A stretch of 64,000 bases of DNA from IMG/VR virus record IMGVR_UViG_3300006114_000006; one strand, 5' to 3'. The position numbers were made by a program, and so were the translations under genes. The DNA is from an uncultured virus (IMG/VR IMGVR_UViG_3300006114_000006). Its lineage: Duplodnaviria > Heunggongvirae > Uroviricota > Caudoviricetes. Each line of letters opens with the position of its first letter. The first letter of the stretch is position 1. Under the pieces are notes generated by a model. That model was given only the letters and a program-made list of their open reading frames with translations. It made no database searches and was not told the DNA's origin. Below, one piece after another: positions 37,851-47,708 of this stretch.

Positions 37851-40800
37851 TTATTTGCCACTTAAACCGGCAATTGCGCCAGTATTTTCAAGACGTAATG
37901 GAATGTAGATGAATTCCACAGACTTAACTGGTTCGATTGCAATGTCAACATACAACTCATTAGCATCAATTCTGCTTGGAGTATTGTTTGAAGTGTCGCA
38001 TACAACAATATAATCGTACAGGGCACGTTCAGCTGTTAGGTTAAGCAACAATTTTTCAATTTCTTGTTTAATTTCGTTACGTGTAATTGTATCATTTGGT
38101 TCAAATACATATGGTTTAGAAATGGCGTTCAACTGGTAACGTAAGTAAATTACTAAACGTGCTACATTGATACGATTTAAACTGCTTGCGACTAAACTAC
38201 GAGTATATTGTCCGTATGCTACAAGTCCAACACCGCCAATGTATGTTATTGGGTTAACTTGTATTGTGGCTAATGTGTTACGTTGCCCAGTATTCAATGC
38301 GATAGGATTAAACACACCAGTTTGTGCAGTTACATAACCTACACTACTTGCATTTGTTACACCACCACGACGTACACCTGCTGGTGCAAACCAAGGATAA
38401 GCAACATTATCGCTTAATGCGATTGTACGCAACATGATATGACTTGGAGGAACAACGATGTCATTACCGTATAAGTCTGTTGTATAGCCCCATGGATAAT
38501 ATACACCAGTATTTGCATCTGTTGTAACTAGACCAACTTCGCCATCGCCTGTTGCATTATTTGTATTATTACCCCAGTTACTTAAACTTGTTGCATCGTT
38601 TGGTAAACGTGCAGGAGCATCTGCTACAATAAATGATAGTAATCCACGACCAGTATTTAAATTAACCAATGCGGATGTTGTTTCTAAATATCCTGGGCAA
38701 CTTAATAAGTTAAATGTAACACTATCTTCGTTACGAATTTGTTGATTAGCGTTAATTGTAGCATTTAAAGCCGCTACAACAACAGCACGTTGAGCTTTAC
38801 GACCAAACACGCCCACACCTAAATAATCATTAGCGGCATCTGTTACCCAACGATCTGGATAATAGTAAGTCATTACTGGGTTACCGGTAACGCTTGTATT
38901 ATAGGCTTGTGTGTTTACATAACCTGAAACGTACTTTTTAACGTTAAAACTGCTACGGCGTAGATTATACAACAAAGTTCCCTTTGGATATAATTGTGCG
39001 TTTGGAGCGTCAAAGTCAACAAAGTCGCTTGATAATAATAATGCAATCGAATCCAGTGTATCAGCACCAGTTTTTACAGTATTTGCATTTAATGTTTCAT
39101 CGCTCCAACGTGCATCGGCAAATATGATACCATTACTAGTTGTGTGATCTGTGTTGTTAATCAATACCCATGCTTTTGTTAAGAAATTCCAACGATAAAT
39201 TGTTGGCCATGCTTCTAAATTACTTGAATTAATCCACAAATCACCATGTTGTAGTACACCGCCTGTACTGTTAGTAGTTGGTTGTGTTGAACTAATGATT
39301 GGACCGTTAGCATCAGTTTGTGTATAATTATTTGTATATCCAACACCCTGGTTAACAACAACTTTACCAGCAGTTGAAGTATAACCTCTCCAATGTGTAC
39401 CATCATTGATTAAAATATCTACATCAGTGATTGAACTATTATACCATAATTGTCCGTTAACTGGTAATGTTGAAGGTGCTGTTGCACTAGGTGTAACCAA
39501 TGCAGTACCGCTACTATTGGCTGCCGCCCATGCAGTAATGATATAGTAGTTTGCTGTTCCGGATGGATCAGCATAAAATTCATTATTAGTTCCTACAGTA
39601 AATATTTTACCAATAGGTAAATTAGTACCGTCTTGGATTCTAATGTCACCGCCTTGCGTATGGGTAATTGTAACTTGATTTGTACTTGTTACAGTTGCCA
39701 CAACGTTTGCCAATGGAACTACTGCTGTGTTAATTGCGGCTGCCAATGCGTTTGCATCAGAGCTAGCACTGCCAGTTGTTGTAAAACTAACTGTTACATA
39801 ACTTGGTAATGTTGCTGAACCAACTTGGCTAGATGAAAGAGCAAATGTAAATGAGCTTGAACCAAATGTACTATTTGTTATAATAGCACTAGTTGAACTT
39901 GTTATACCTGTTGATAAACGTTGATAAATTTTGTAATTTACATAAGTTGGATTTGTGATTTCATCATCGTTATATTTTACATATACTTGTCCAACTGGAA
40001 TATTAATACCGCCGCCTGTTGGATCTAATGTTGCCATTGCCGCTTGATTGCTTGCAAATAACTGACCTACAGCTTGACGAATCCAACTTGCTGTTGTTGA
40101 ATTATATAGTTCGATGTCAAAATTAGCACCTTGGTTTACTGGAGTTGTTTTAATCCAGATAGAACCAGTTGGGTAACCGTTAACACTACCTGAATTTGTA
40201 TAAGAACCATAGTTAGGAACTTGATAGTGTGGAGCAATAGTCACTGTAGGAGCATAGTATGTCCCAGCGGCAATAATTTTGTTTGTACTGGTTAGTGTAC
40301 CACTTAATACAATGTTAGCACCTGTTGAATATAAATTCAAATAACCGTTGATTACACTTGCTGTTACACCAGATACATGTGAACCTAATGCTGTTACTAA
40401 TCCAGCGTATGTTGTTGCACCAGTTACTGTGTATCCATTAACAATTAATGTATCGCTACTACTAACTGTTGCGGCTGTGGATGCTACTGTACTTGTAGCA
40501 GTTGGCATACTTGCGGCCCAAGCTGTTGAACCAACTTGTACCCATGTGCCAGCTGTGCTTGCGGCGGCGGATGCTCCACCTGTGCCGTCGTTGGCAGTAT
40601 TATATTGTTTGTACCATAACTGAGCTAGTGTTGTAGCTGTTACAACTGCATAACTACCGACAGCACCAAAACTTGGATTTGGAGCAAAAGTTCCAGTATT
40701 GTATAGACCAGATCCTGCGTTAATTACTGCTGGATTTTGTACTACAAAACTTTGACCGTTAGTTGCTGTAACTGCACTTGCGTTCCATTGGAAAACACCA

Positions 40801-41234
40801 AAACTTGTTGTTGCAGTATCCCACCAGTATGTACCATTTGATGGAAGTCCTACTGGAACTGATGCTGAACCAATTAATTGACTTGTATCAACATTGGCAC
40901 GAACAACGTATGCTTGACTGCTAACACCTAAGAAACTGTAAGCGGCTTGTAGACCGTATTCATTAATTTCGCTTGCATTGATAGGATTGTTGCTAGCATC
41001 TGTTTGAAAGTATGGTACACCAAATGTTGCGCCTAAGTCTGCTTGACTTGTCAACAGGTATACGTTTCCAGCATTTGCCGCTAGTGTGCCTGGAGCAATA
41101 CCTGTTCCAGCTGAATTCATTTTGTTTGCTTGAGTAGCAACTACGATAAGGGGTACGGTACCTGGTGCAGAAGGCGTGTAGAACGATTCGTTAACTACGG
41201 TTACGCTAATTCCAGGTGAACTTAATTGAGCCAT
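37851..41234 (-). CDS. 18: Contractile tail sheath protein (gp18-like), about 1127 aa
   Basis: SPGISV N-terminus, YYPW, PWFAPAG.RRG, RINVARL, FEPND..TR, P.KSVEFIYI; GGAGA SD before 41234. Confidence 0.93.
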   Translation of the reverse strand: MAQLSSPGISVTVVNESFYTPSAPGTVPLIVVATQANKMNSAGTGIAPGTLAANAGNVYLLTSQADLGATFGVPYFQTDASNNPINASEINEYGLQAAYSFLGVSSQAYVVRANVDTSQLIGSASVPVGLPSNGTYWWDTATTSFGVFQWNASAVTATNGQSFVVQNPAVINAGSGLYNTGTFAPNPSFGAVGSYAVVTATTLAQLWYKQYNTANDGTGGASAAASTAGTWVQVGSTAWAASMPTATSTVASTAATVSSSDTLIVNGYTVTGATTYAGLVTALGSHVSGVTASVINGYLNLYSTGANIVLSGTLTSTNKIIAAGTYYAPTVTIAPHYQVPNYGSYTNSGSVNGYPTGSIWIKTTPVNQGANFDIELYNSTTASWIRQAVGQLFASNQAAMATLDPTGGGINIPVGQVYVKYNDDEITNPTYVNYKIYQRLSTGITSSTSAIITNSTFGSSSFTFALSSSQVGSATLPSYVTVSFTTTGSASSDANALAAAINTAVVPLANVVATVTSTNQVTITHTQGGDIRIQDGTNLPIGKIFTVGTNNEFYADPSGTANYYIITAWAAANSSGTALVTPSATAPSTLPVNGQLWYNSSITDVDILINDGTHWRGYTSTAGKVVVNQGVGYTNNYTQTDANGPIISSTQPTTNSTGGVLQHGDLWINSSNLEAWPTIYRWNFLTKAWVLINNTDHTTSNGIIFADARWSDETLNANTVKTGADTLDSIALLLSSDFVDFDAPNAQLYPKGTLLYNLRRSSFNVKKYVSGYVNTQAYNTSVTGNPVMTYYYPDRWVTDAANDYLGVGVFGRKAQRAVVVAALNATINANQQIRNEDSVTFNLLSCPGYLETTSALVNLNTGRGLLSFIVADAPARLPNDATSLSNWGNNTNNATGDGEVGLVTTDANTGVYYPWGYTTDLYGNDIVVPPSHIMLRTIALSDNVAYPWFAPAGVRRGGVTNASSVGYVTAQTGVFNPIALNTGQRNTLATIQVNPITYIGGVGLVAYGQYTRSLVASSLNRINVARLVIYLRYQLNAISKPYVFEPNDTITRNEIKQEIEKLLLNLTAERALYDYIVVCDTSNNTPSRIDANELYVDIAIEPVKSVEFIYIPLRLENTGAIAGLSGK

Positions 41235-41338
41235 TGTGTTATCTCCATGAGTACATGTTCTTAATGTATTTATGGCATTTTGGTAAATCAATGCTTATAT
41301 AAGCCTACAAAAAGGCTCTAAAAAGGCTTAAATAAAAT

Positions 41339-41665
41339 ATGAGACCATTATGTTCATGCGGAAGGGCACCGGTAGCCATCAATTATTATAAAAACGGACA
41401 GACTTATTACAGAAGCCTGTGCGGTAACTGCCTACGAGGTGTCAAACTGCCTAGATGGCAGCAGGCTGGATACAAACTAAAACATACTTGCGACAAATGC
41501 GGGTTTAAAAGCCCGCACAAAGAAGTATTTAATGTGTTCCACATTGATGGAAATTTAGATAATTGTAAACAAACTAACTTAAAGACTGTGTGCGCCAATT
41601 GTCAACGGGTTCTTCATCGAGAAGGTGTTCAATGGCGGCAAGGGGATCTTGTTCCGGATTTATGA
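41339..41665 (+). CDS. Small Zn-ribbon/HNH-like protein
   Basis: CxC, CxxC, CDKC, HIDGNLDN....NLKTVCANC; leaderless TAAATA start. Confidence 0.8.
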   Translation: MRPLCSCGRAPVAINYYKNGQTYYRSLCGNCLRGVKLPRWQQAGYKLKHTCDKCGFKSPHKEVFNVFHIDGNLDNCKQTNLKTVCANCQRVLHREGVQWRQGDLVPDL

Positions 41666-42284
41666 GAGTTTTTACTTGAGCGTATAAATCATCAATGCTA
41701 CTATCATTAGAAAACACATAATCAAACTTAGTTCCAACCCAAGCAGTTTCACTAGCATGAATTCCTAGTTTTTCCATTCTAGTTTTAGCTAGCATCCAAT
41801 TTATACATTTGTCGCCAGCGTTCATATCAGCGGCATCTCGATACCAGTCGGGTTCTGGACCACGCTTTACACGAATAACAATTCCGCCGGCATCTTTAAT
41901 TGATTTAATTTCATTAGGAAAACGGCAGTCACTAATAACTATGTCATCTTTTGAGTTGCGTAGTTTATTCTCTAATGAAGCAATCCAAATATCATCATGG
42001 AAAGCCTTGCGACAAACTTCGGTACCCCAGTATTGTAATACCCAGCGTGGAGTTAATTCTGGCATACTTAAACGTTCTGCCCACCACGGATCTACTTGTT
42101 CGCGCCATTCACGAGCTTGTTTAGTGCGGCCTTCCAGCATAGTACGGTCCCAACCAAACACTTGTGCCACTGCATCTTTTAATGAATTTGCAAACGATTC
42201 TCGTCTAAATCCGTGAAAGTTAGTAAGATAATCAGCAATAGTATCCTTGCCTGATCCAATAAAACCACACACACCTATAATCAT
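41574..42284 (-). CDS. 1: Deoxynucleoside monophosphate kinase (gp1-like)
   Basis: GFIGSGKDT, FANSLKD, TPRWVLQYWGTE, DCRFPNE, HASE. Confidence 0.9.
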   Translation of the reverse strand: MIIGVCGFIGSGKDTIADYLTNFHGFRRESFANSLKDAVAQVFGWDRTMLEGRTKQAREWREQVDPWWAERLSMPELTPRWVLQYWGTEVCRKAFHDDIWIASLENKLRNSKDDIVISDCRFPNEIKSIKDAGGIVIRVKRGPEPDWYRDAADMNAGDKCINWMLAKTRMEKLGIHASETAWVGTKFDYVFSNDSSIDDLYAQVKTLINPEQDPLAAIEHLLDEEPVDNWRTQSLS

Positions 42285-42306
42285 AGAGCCCCCTAATATT
42301 AGCTCT

Positions 42307-42335
42307 AGTATATAACAGTTTTATTACAAGGTCAA
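42307..42335 (-). promoter_or_regulatory. Sigma70-type promoter TTGACC-N17-TATACT
   Basis: Same hexamers and spacing as the promoter at 24214-24242. Confidence 0.8.
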
Positions 42336-42343
42336 GAAATTTC

Positions 42344-43129
42344 TTAACCAGTTATAAAGTAATAGCCCGTTCCGCCAGAAATTAGATTCTCAATCTCTTT
42401 GTCTAATTTTTCTAATTCAGCTTTTGAATCAGTTAGCAAAGCGGTTCCATTTAAAGTAATAGGACTTCCAGGACCTGCAATGCTACCAAATTTGCTACGA
42501 GCTTCCCCTAGCATACCTTTGGCGGTGGCAAGTGCATAATCTTTTAACCATTGTTTAGCATAGACATCCTGTAGTAAAACCCAATCAGGACGATAGTTAT
42601 AACTTTGAACAAGAATCTGTTCACCCTGGGCAAAAGGACGTTGTAAAATATTTAAAATATGCGTAGTTGGTTTCCATAAAAATTCAATATAGCTACCGAA
42701 CATACGACCTACTAACTTTTGATATCCAGCAAACGCATCATAAGTTGCTAGACCGCCCATCATACTACCTGACATTAAATAGGTATTTGTATAGGCCAAA
42801 TTAAATGGTTCAAATAATGTGCCGCCAGCACCAATACCGGTACGGGAACCGATAGCACGACGAAATACCTGACGTACCGTAATAACTTCGTCAGGTAATC
42901 TGTATTCATTTTGATCCTGTATTAGTTCTAAAAACAAATAGCTTTCTTCTACAGCATTTGGACTACGTTGACGATAGCGGTTTAATGCACGATCTAACGC
43001 AATTTCTAGATGTTTATTATCTAGCTCTACATCAATCATGCCGTCACCCAGCATAGTTTTGATATAATCAAACACTTTATTTCGCTCTTGAGTAGAATTG
43101 CTTTGCGTACTTGATGGCAAATCGTCCAT
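42344..43129 (-). CDS. 13: Neck protein (gp13-like)
   Basis: LG..MIDVEL, WLKDYALA..K..LGEARSKF, TLNG. Confidence 0.85.
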   Translation of the reverse strand: MDDLPSSTQSNSTQERNKVFDYIKTMLGDGMIDVELDNKHLEIALDRALNRYRQRSPNAVEESYLFLELIQDQNEYRLPDEVITVRQVFRRAIGSRTGIGAGGTLFEPFNLAYTNTYLMSGSMMGGLATYDAFAGYQKLVGRMFGSYIEFLWKPTTHILNILQRPFAQGEQILVQSYNYRPDWVLLQDVYAKQWLKDYALATAKGMLGEARSKFGSIAGPGSPITLNGTALLTDSKAELEKLDKEIENLISGGTGYYFITG

Positions 43130-43147
43130 ATTTTTGTCCTCTTACTA

Positions 43148-43167
43148 TATTTAGCTAACGATAAATA
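43148..43167. promoter_or_regulatory. Back-to-back divergent late promoters
   Basis: TATTTA 43148-43153 (minus, gp13) and TAAATA 43162-43167 (plus, 5 nt before gp14 ATG). Confidence 0.65.
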
Positions 43168-43172
43168 TCAAT

Positions 43173-44633
43173 ATGCCACGATTATCCTTATACAAACCAG
43201 AAAAAGGCAACGACTATCAATTTATAGATCGTCAAGCTAGCGAAATGTTCACAGTAGGTGGAACCGATGTTTATTGGCACAAATTGTTGGGTGCAAATAC
43301 CCAGGAAGCCAATGCCACTGCCGAACAGCCATTTTATCCAAATGATAATGTTACTAACATTCAAGATTTGCTTTTTTTAGAAAATCGCGATAGTAAGTAT
43401 GAAACTGAAGTGTATAGAATTAGAGGCATGTATAACGTACAGAATATTGATTTTAATTTAAGTCAATTTGGATTGTTTATTGATAACGATACGTTGTATA
43501 TGACTGTTCATATTAATGACATTATTAAAACTATTGGACGTAAACCTATTAGCGGAGATGTTTTAGAATTGCCGCATCTACGTGACGATTTTGCTCTAAA
43601 CGATTTTGATGTAAGTTTACCTAGATATTATCAAGTTACCGATGTAGGCCGTGCAAGTGAAGGATTTAGTGTTACGTGGTTTCCGCATCTATATAGATTA
43701 AAACTTAAACGTATCAACGATCAACAACAATTTCAATCAATTTTTAATCAAGCCGCTACAGATGCCAATGGCGATCCAATTGTTGGAGCTAACGTTACTC
43801 TTAAAGACTTGTTGAGTACATTCAACAAAGAGATGGAAATTAATCAACAAATAGTTGCACAGGCAGAAGCAGATTCTCCTATGAGCGGATATGAAACTAG
43901 ACAATTCTACACCTTGGCTGTAGATCCAACCACTGGAAAACCCTTACTAGAGACTGCTGACGAAACTACATTAGATGCAAGCCAAATCAATTATCTTGCT
44001 AATGAAAACAATGCTAAACCAGTTCGTCCTGGATACACAGGATATTTAATTGGTAATGGGTATCCTGCCAATGGTAATGCATTTGGGTTTGGTATACAAT
44101 TTCCCGAAAACCCAGGCACAGATGATTTTTTCTTGAGAACAGATTTCTTACCTAACAGATTATTTCGTTTTGACGGACCAAGCAGTGCATGGATTAAAGT
44201 AGAAGATGCGGTTAGAATGAATATGACTAATAATGATACAAGATCAACATTAAAAACTGGCTTTATCAACAATACAAATTATACCTATAATGATCAAGTA
44301 TCAAGTGATGTGATTTCATTAGCACTGGGCGACACACAAATCAATACTAGAATATTGTATGCAACAAACAATGCTATTCCTTATGTAGTATTTAAATTTG
44401 GTGTAACGCAATTAGAATATGCATTAAGTGATTATCCGACAATGTATAGTTCATATTTGTATACAAGTCCAGCAGGAATACAAACAACTTGTTTAAGAAT
44501 CACATTGCCAACTATAAACAACACGCAACAAACCATACCTACTGCTGGTCAATGGACAGTTACACTATATAATACACGAGATGCACAACGATCAAGTTTA
44601 TCAACTGCTCTCAAACCTAGGGCGGATCTATAA
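43173..44633 (+). CDS. 14: Neck/head-closure protein (gp14-like) with C-terminal extension
   Basis: DLLFLENRD, LSQFGLF, GRKP..GDVLELP; synteny with gp13/gp15. Confidence 0.75.
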   Translation: MPRLSLYKPEKGNDYQFIDRQASEMFTVGGTDVYWHKLLGANTQEANATAEQPFYPNDNVTNIQDLLFLENRDSKYETEVYRIRGMYNVQNIDFNLSQFGLFIDNDTLYMTVHINDIIKTIGRKPISGDVLELPHLRDDFALNDFDVSLPRYYQVTDVGRASEGFSVTWFPHLYRLKLKRINDQQQFQSIFNQAATDANGDPIVGANVTLKDLLSTFNKEMEINQQIVAQAEADSPMSGYETRQFYTLAVDPTTGKPLLETADETTLDASQINYLANENNAKPVRPGYTGYLIGNGYPANGNAFGFGIQFPENPGTDDFFLRTDFLPNRLFRFDGPSSAWIKVEDAVRMNMTNNDTRSTLKTGFINNTNYTYNDQVSSDVISLALGDTQINTRILYATNNAIPYVVFKFGVTQLEYALSDYPTMYSSYLYTSPAGIQTTCLRITLPTINNTQQTIPTAGQWTVTLYNTRDAQRSSLSTALKPRADL

Positions 44634-46096
44634 TGCAGTGGTTTTATGACGGACAAGTAAGAAGATATTTGACACAAACTATACGAGTGCTCAGTAATTT
44701 TGTGGTCAAATATGGAGATGGAACACTACATCAAGTACCCGTAATGTACGGCGATGCAGATCGTCAAGTGGCCAGCATCATACGTCAAAACAGTGAAAAT
44801 GCTGTTAATAGTATTCCACGTATAAGTGTGTATGTAACTGGTTTAGAACTAGATAGAAATAGGTTAGCTGATCAAACTTATGTAGGCAAGTTGCATTTTC
44901 GCGAAAGAGATATTAACGGAAATAATTATACCGGAAATCAAGGACGTAATTATACAGTTGAACGCTTGATGCCTACTCCTTTTCAATTAAAGATGAAATG
45001 CGATATTTGGACTAGCAGTACTGATCAAAAATTACAAATATTAGAACAAATACTAGTGTTATTCAACCCTAGTTTAGAATTGCAAACCACAGACAACTAT
45101 ATTGACTGGACTAGTTTATCAGTTCTTAATTTAGGAGATATCGTTTGGGATAGTAGACAAGTTCCTGTCGGCAATGATACTCCTATTGATATAGCAACAT
45201 TAAGTTTAGATTCTCCTATCTGGATTAGTCCTCCAGTTAAGGTCAAACATCTTGGTGTTATTACAAAAATTATTACAAGTGTCTATGGGTCCGAAGGAAC
45301 TTATCCGTCTGGGTATGTTGAAGGATTAGGAATAGATCCTGCACTACAATCTGATGGCACTAGTCCGTCATTTAGCAATTTGCTTGCTACTGAAAATGTT
45401 ACAGTTACAGGATTTCCTATAGCAGTATACGACGGCCAGGCAACTTTGTTAGAATCAGGAGGAGGTGTTAATCCTCCAGAACCGACGTTGACTATTCCTA
45501 CTCCGATCAGTAATCCTCAAAGTTGGGAAAGTGTATTCAATTTATTCCCCGGAAAATATGTTGCAGGTTCTAGTATGTTGTATTTGTTGCAACCAAATGG
45601 GACTTACGTTATAGGTACTATTGCTATTAATCCTACAAATCCTGCAATTTTACAAATTAATTATAATACAGATACATTGACTAGCAATACTGGAATTGAT
45701 AGTAACGGATTTTTAAGTACAGATGTAAAAGATTACAATGCCGCTACTAGTTATCGACCAAACAGCCCTGGTACTTTTGATGCCATTATTAATCCTCAAA
45801 CTTATACACCTAACAACCCAATAGCAGGTACACGTTATCTAATTATTGAAGATATAGGCAACACGACTAATACAAATCCTGCTGTCGTATGGGGCAGTTT
45901 AGTAGCTAATGCTAATGACATTATAGAATATACTGGTTCAGTATGGCAAGTTATTTTTCATGCCGCTCTAGAATCAGACACTATGGTATGGCAAACGAAT
46001 ATATACACTGGAGTTCAGTACTTGTGGAACGGGGTTGCATGGGTCAAGAGCTTTGAAGGTGAATATGGTGTGGGCCAATGGAAAATAATATTGTAA
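44633..46096 (+). CDS. 15: Tail sheath stabiliser/terminator (gp15-like) with C-terminal extension
   Basis: FYD.Q.RRY, VPVMYG, P.P..L....DIW....QKLQILEQI..LFNP. Confidence 0.8.
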   Translation: MQWFYDGQVRRYLTQTIRVLSNFVVKYGDGTLHQVPVMYGDADRQVASIIRQNSENAVNSIPRISVYVTGLELDRNRLADQTYVGKLHFRERDINGNNYTGNQGRNYTVERLMPTPFQLKMKCDIWTSSTDQKLQILEQILVLFNPSLELQTTDNYIDWTSLSVLNLGDIVWDSRQVPVGNDTPIDIATLSLDSPIWISPPVKVKHLGVITKIITSVYGSEGTYPSGYVEGLGIDPALQSDGTSPSFSNLLATENVTVTGFPIAVYDGQATLLESGGGVNPPEPTLTIPTPISNPQSWESVFNLFPGKYVAGSSMLYLLQPNGTYVIGTIAINPTNPAILQINYNTDTLTSNTGIDSNGFLSTDVKDYNAATSYRPNSPGTFDAIINPQTYTPNNPIAGTRYLIIEDIGNTTNTNPAVVWGSLVANANDIIEYTGSVWQVIFHAALESDTMVWQTNIYTGVQYLWNGVAWVKSFEGEYGVGQWKIIL

Positions 46097-46527
46097 AAGA
46101 TAGAATAGTTTGTAGTGGTGCATTATTTTATGCTAAATCTACACAACGATTTTTATTACTTCAAAAAAGTCACGGTAAACACGAAGGCACGTGGGGATTA
46201 GTCGGCGGGACAAACATCATAGGTGAAACACCTTGGCAAGGTCTTCAACGCGAAATTAAAGAAGAAATAGGTGCAGTGCCTAAAATAATTAAAACAATCC
46301 CATTAGAAACATTTGTCAGTAACGATAAAGTATTTAATTTTCATACTTATTTGTGTGTAATAGATAACGAGTTTGTTCCTGTCTTGAGTGACGAACACAT
46401 TGGTTGGGCTTGGACTACTGTAGATCGCACACCTAAACCCTTACATCAAGGACTACGTAATAGTTTTAACAGTAAAACTATTCGTACCAAATTACAAACT
46501 ATATTTGACTTAGTTGATCTAGTTTAA
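46078..46527 (+). CDS. NUDIX hydrolase
   Basis: Nudix box G-TNIIG-E-TPWQGLQ-REIKEEIG. Confidence 0.9.
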   Translation: MENNIVKDRIVCSGALFYAKSTQRFLLLQKSHGKHEGTWGLVGGTNIIGETPWQGLQREIKEEIGAVPKIIKTIPLETFVSNDKVFNFHTYLCVIDNEFVPVLSDEHIGWAWTTVDRTPKPLHQGLRNSFNSKTIRTKLQTIFDLVDLV

Positions 46528-47701
46528 TATCAAAGCCTTCGATATATTCTTTCATCAAGGCTGAATTGTGTGCCCAATACTGCTCGTATTCTCCAGTCTG
46601 CTGACACAATCTTACATATTTTTGAAATCTTTCCGATGTTTGTAAACGTTCTTTAGCCAGTGCTGTGACTGTATTCCAGAAAGGCGTATCTTTTTTGCAA
46701 GGACCTACATAGTTTAGTGCAACTAAATTCAACATATCTTCCATACTTTTAAGATAAGAAGTATTAATTCCTCTATTAAAATGCGGTGTTTGTAAATTAG
46801 TACCTTTAATTAATGTTTCAATAAACTCTACAGACAAATTTATATAAAAATGTAACGGCAATGCTTGTGCAGGTTCAAGAAAATATAGTCTGTTACCCAT
46901 GGATAATATGCGTCCATTCATTGCTTCTTTTTTATAATACTGTCTCCAGCTAAATTTTCTTAATTTACTAGCATCAATATTTTTTAATTTAGAAAATTTT
47001 TCAATCGCTTCTTCCTGAGTTGTTATATTTTTATTATATAGATAACCAAAGGCTTTACGATGAGTTAATGGTACTCCAAACATCCAGCCGTCGTCATGTG
47101 GATATGCACTTGTTAAATCTTCGTTATACTCTTTAAAGTCAGGAAATAGTATTACTGAGTTAACTGTTTCAAATTTTGGAAATTCGTATAGTCCACTATC
47201 CATTTCTTCGGCCGACGGTGATCCTCTACAATCGATGATATAGTCAAATTTATGTTGCACTCCGTCGACTAATATCGATACGTGAGTATGATCTTGTGTT
47301 ATGTCTGAGACATTACCGTGTATTTGAAAAAAATTATCGTATAATTTATCAAGTTTGTTGATAACAAATCCGCTAAATTTTTCACTGTTGACATGCAATC
47401 CTGTATGTCCATGCCTTACTAGGAAATTTTTATCATTAATATCTTCCCAGTAGTAACGAGTACCCCAGCGAAGGGTACCATCGAACTCTTTTAATTCTTC
47501 AGTAACAGAAAAATCAATAGCATGATAAAGTAAACTAGGCATTATAGGGCTAGTACTTTCGCCCACAGTAGTTACAGGAATGTCAGGATTGTATATGCAA
47601 TACACATCTATGTGTTTGCATCTATGGAATTTAAATTTATCAAAAATTGCAAGTAATGAAACGGCGCTGGCGGTACCACTACCTATAATGCCTATTTTCA
47701 T
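46499..47701 (-). CDS. Tryptophan-halogenase-like flavoprotein
   Basis: IIGSGTAS, VGES, FDYIIDCRG, GWMFGVPL, GN...FLEPAQA. Confidence 0.8.
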   Translation of the reverse strand: MKIGIIGSGTASAVSLLAIFDKFKFHRCKHIDVYCIYNPDIPVTTVGESTSPIMPSLLYHAIDFSVTEELKEFDGTLRWGTRYYWEDINDKNFLVRHGHTGLHVNSEKFSGFVINKLDKLYDNFFQIHGNVSDITQDHTHVSILVDGVQHKFDYIIDCRGSPSAEEMDSGLYEFPKFETVNSVILFPDFKEYNEDLTSAYPHDDGWMFGVPLTHRKAFGYLYNKNITTQEEAIEKFSKLKNIDASKLRKFSWRQYYKKEAMNGRILSMGNRLYFLEPAQALPLHFYINLSVEFIETLIKGTNLQTPHFNRGINTSYLKSMEDMLNLVALNYVGPCKKDTPFWNTVTALAKERLQTSERFQKYVRLCQQTGEYEQYWAHNSALMKEYIEGFDIKLDQLSQI

Positions 47702-47708
47702 AAAAACC

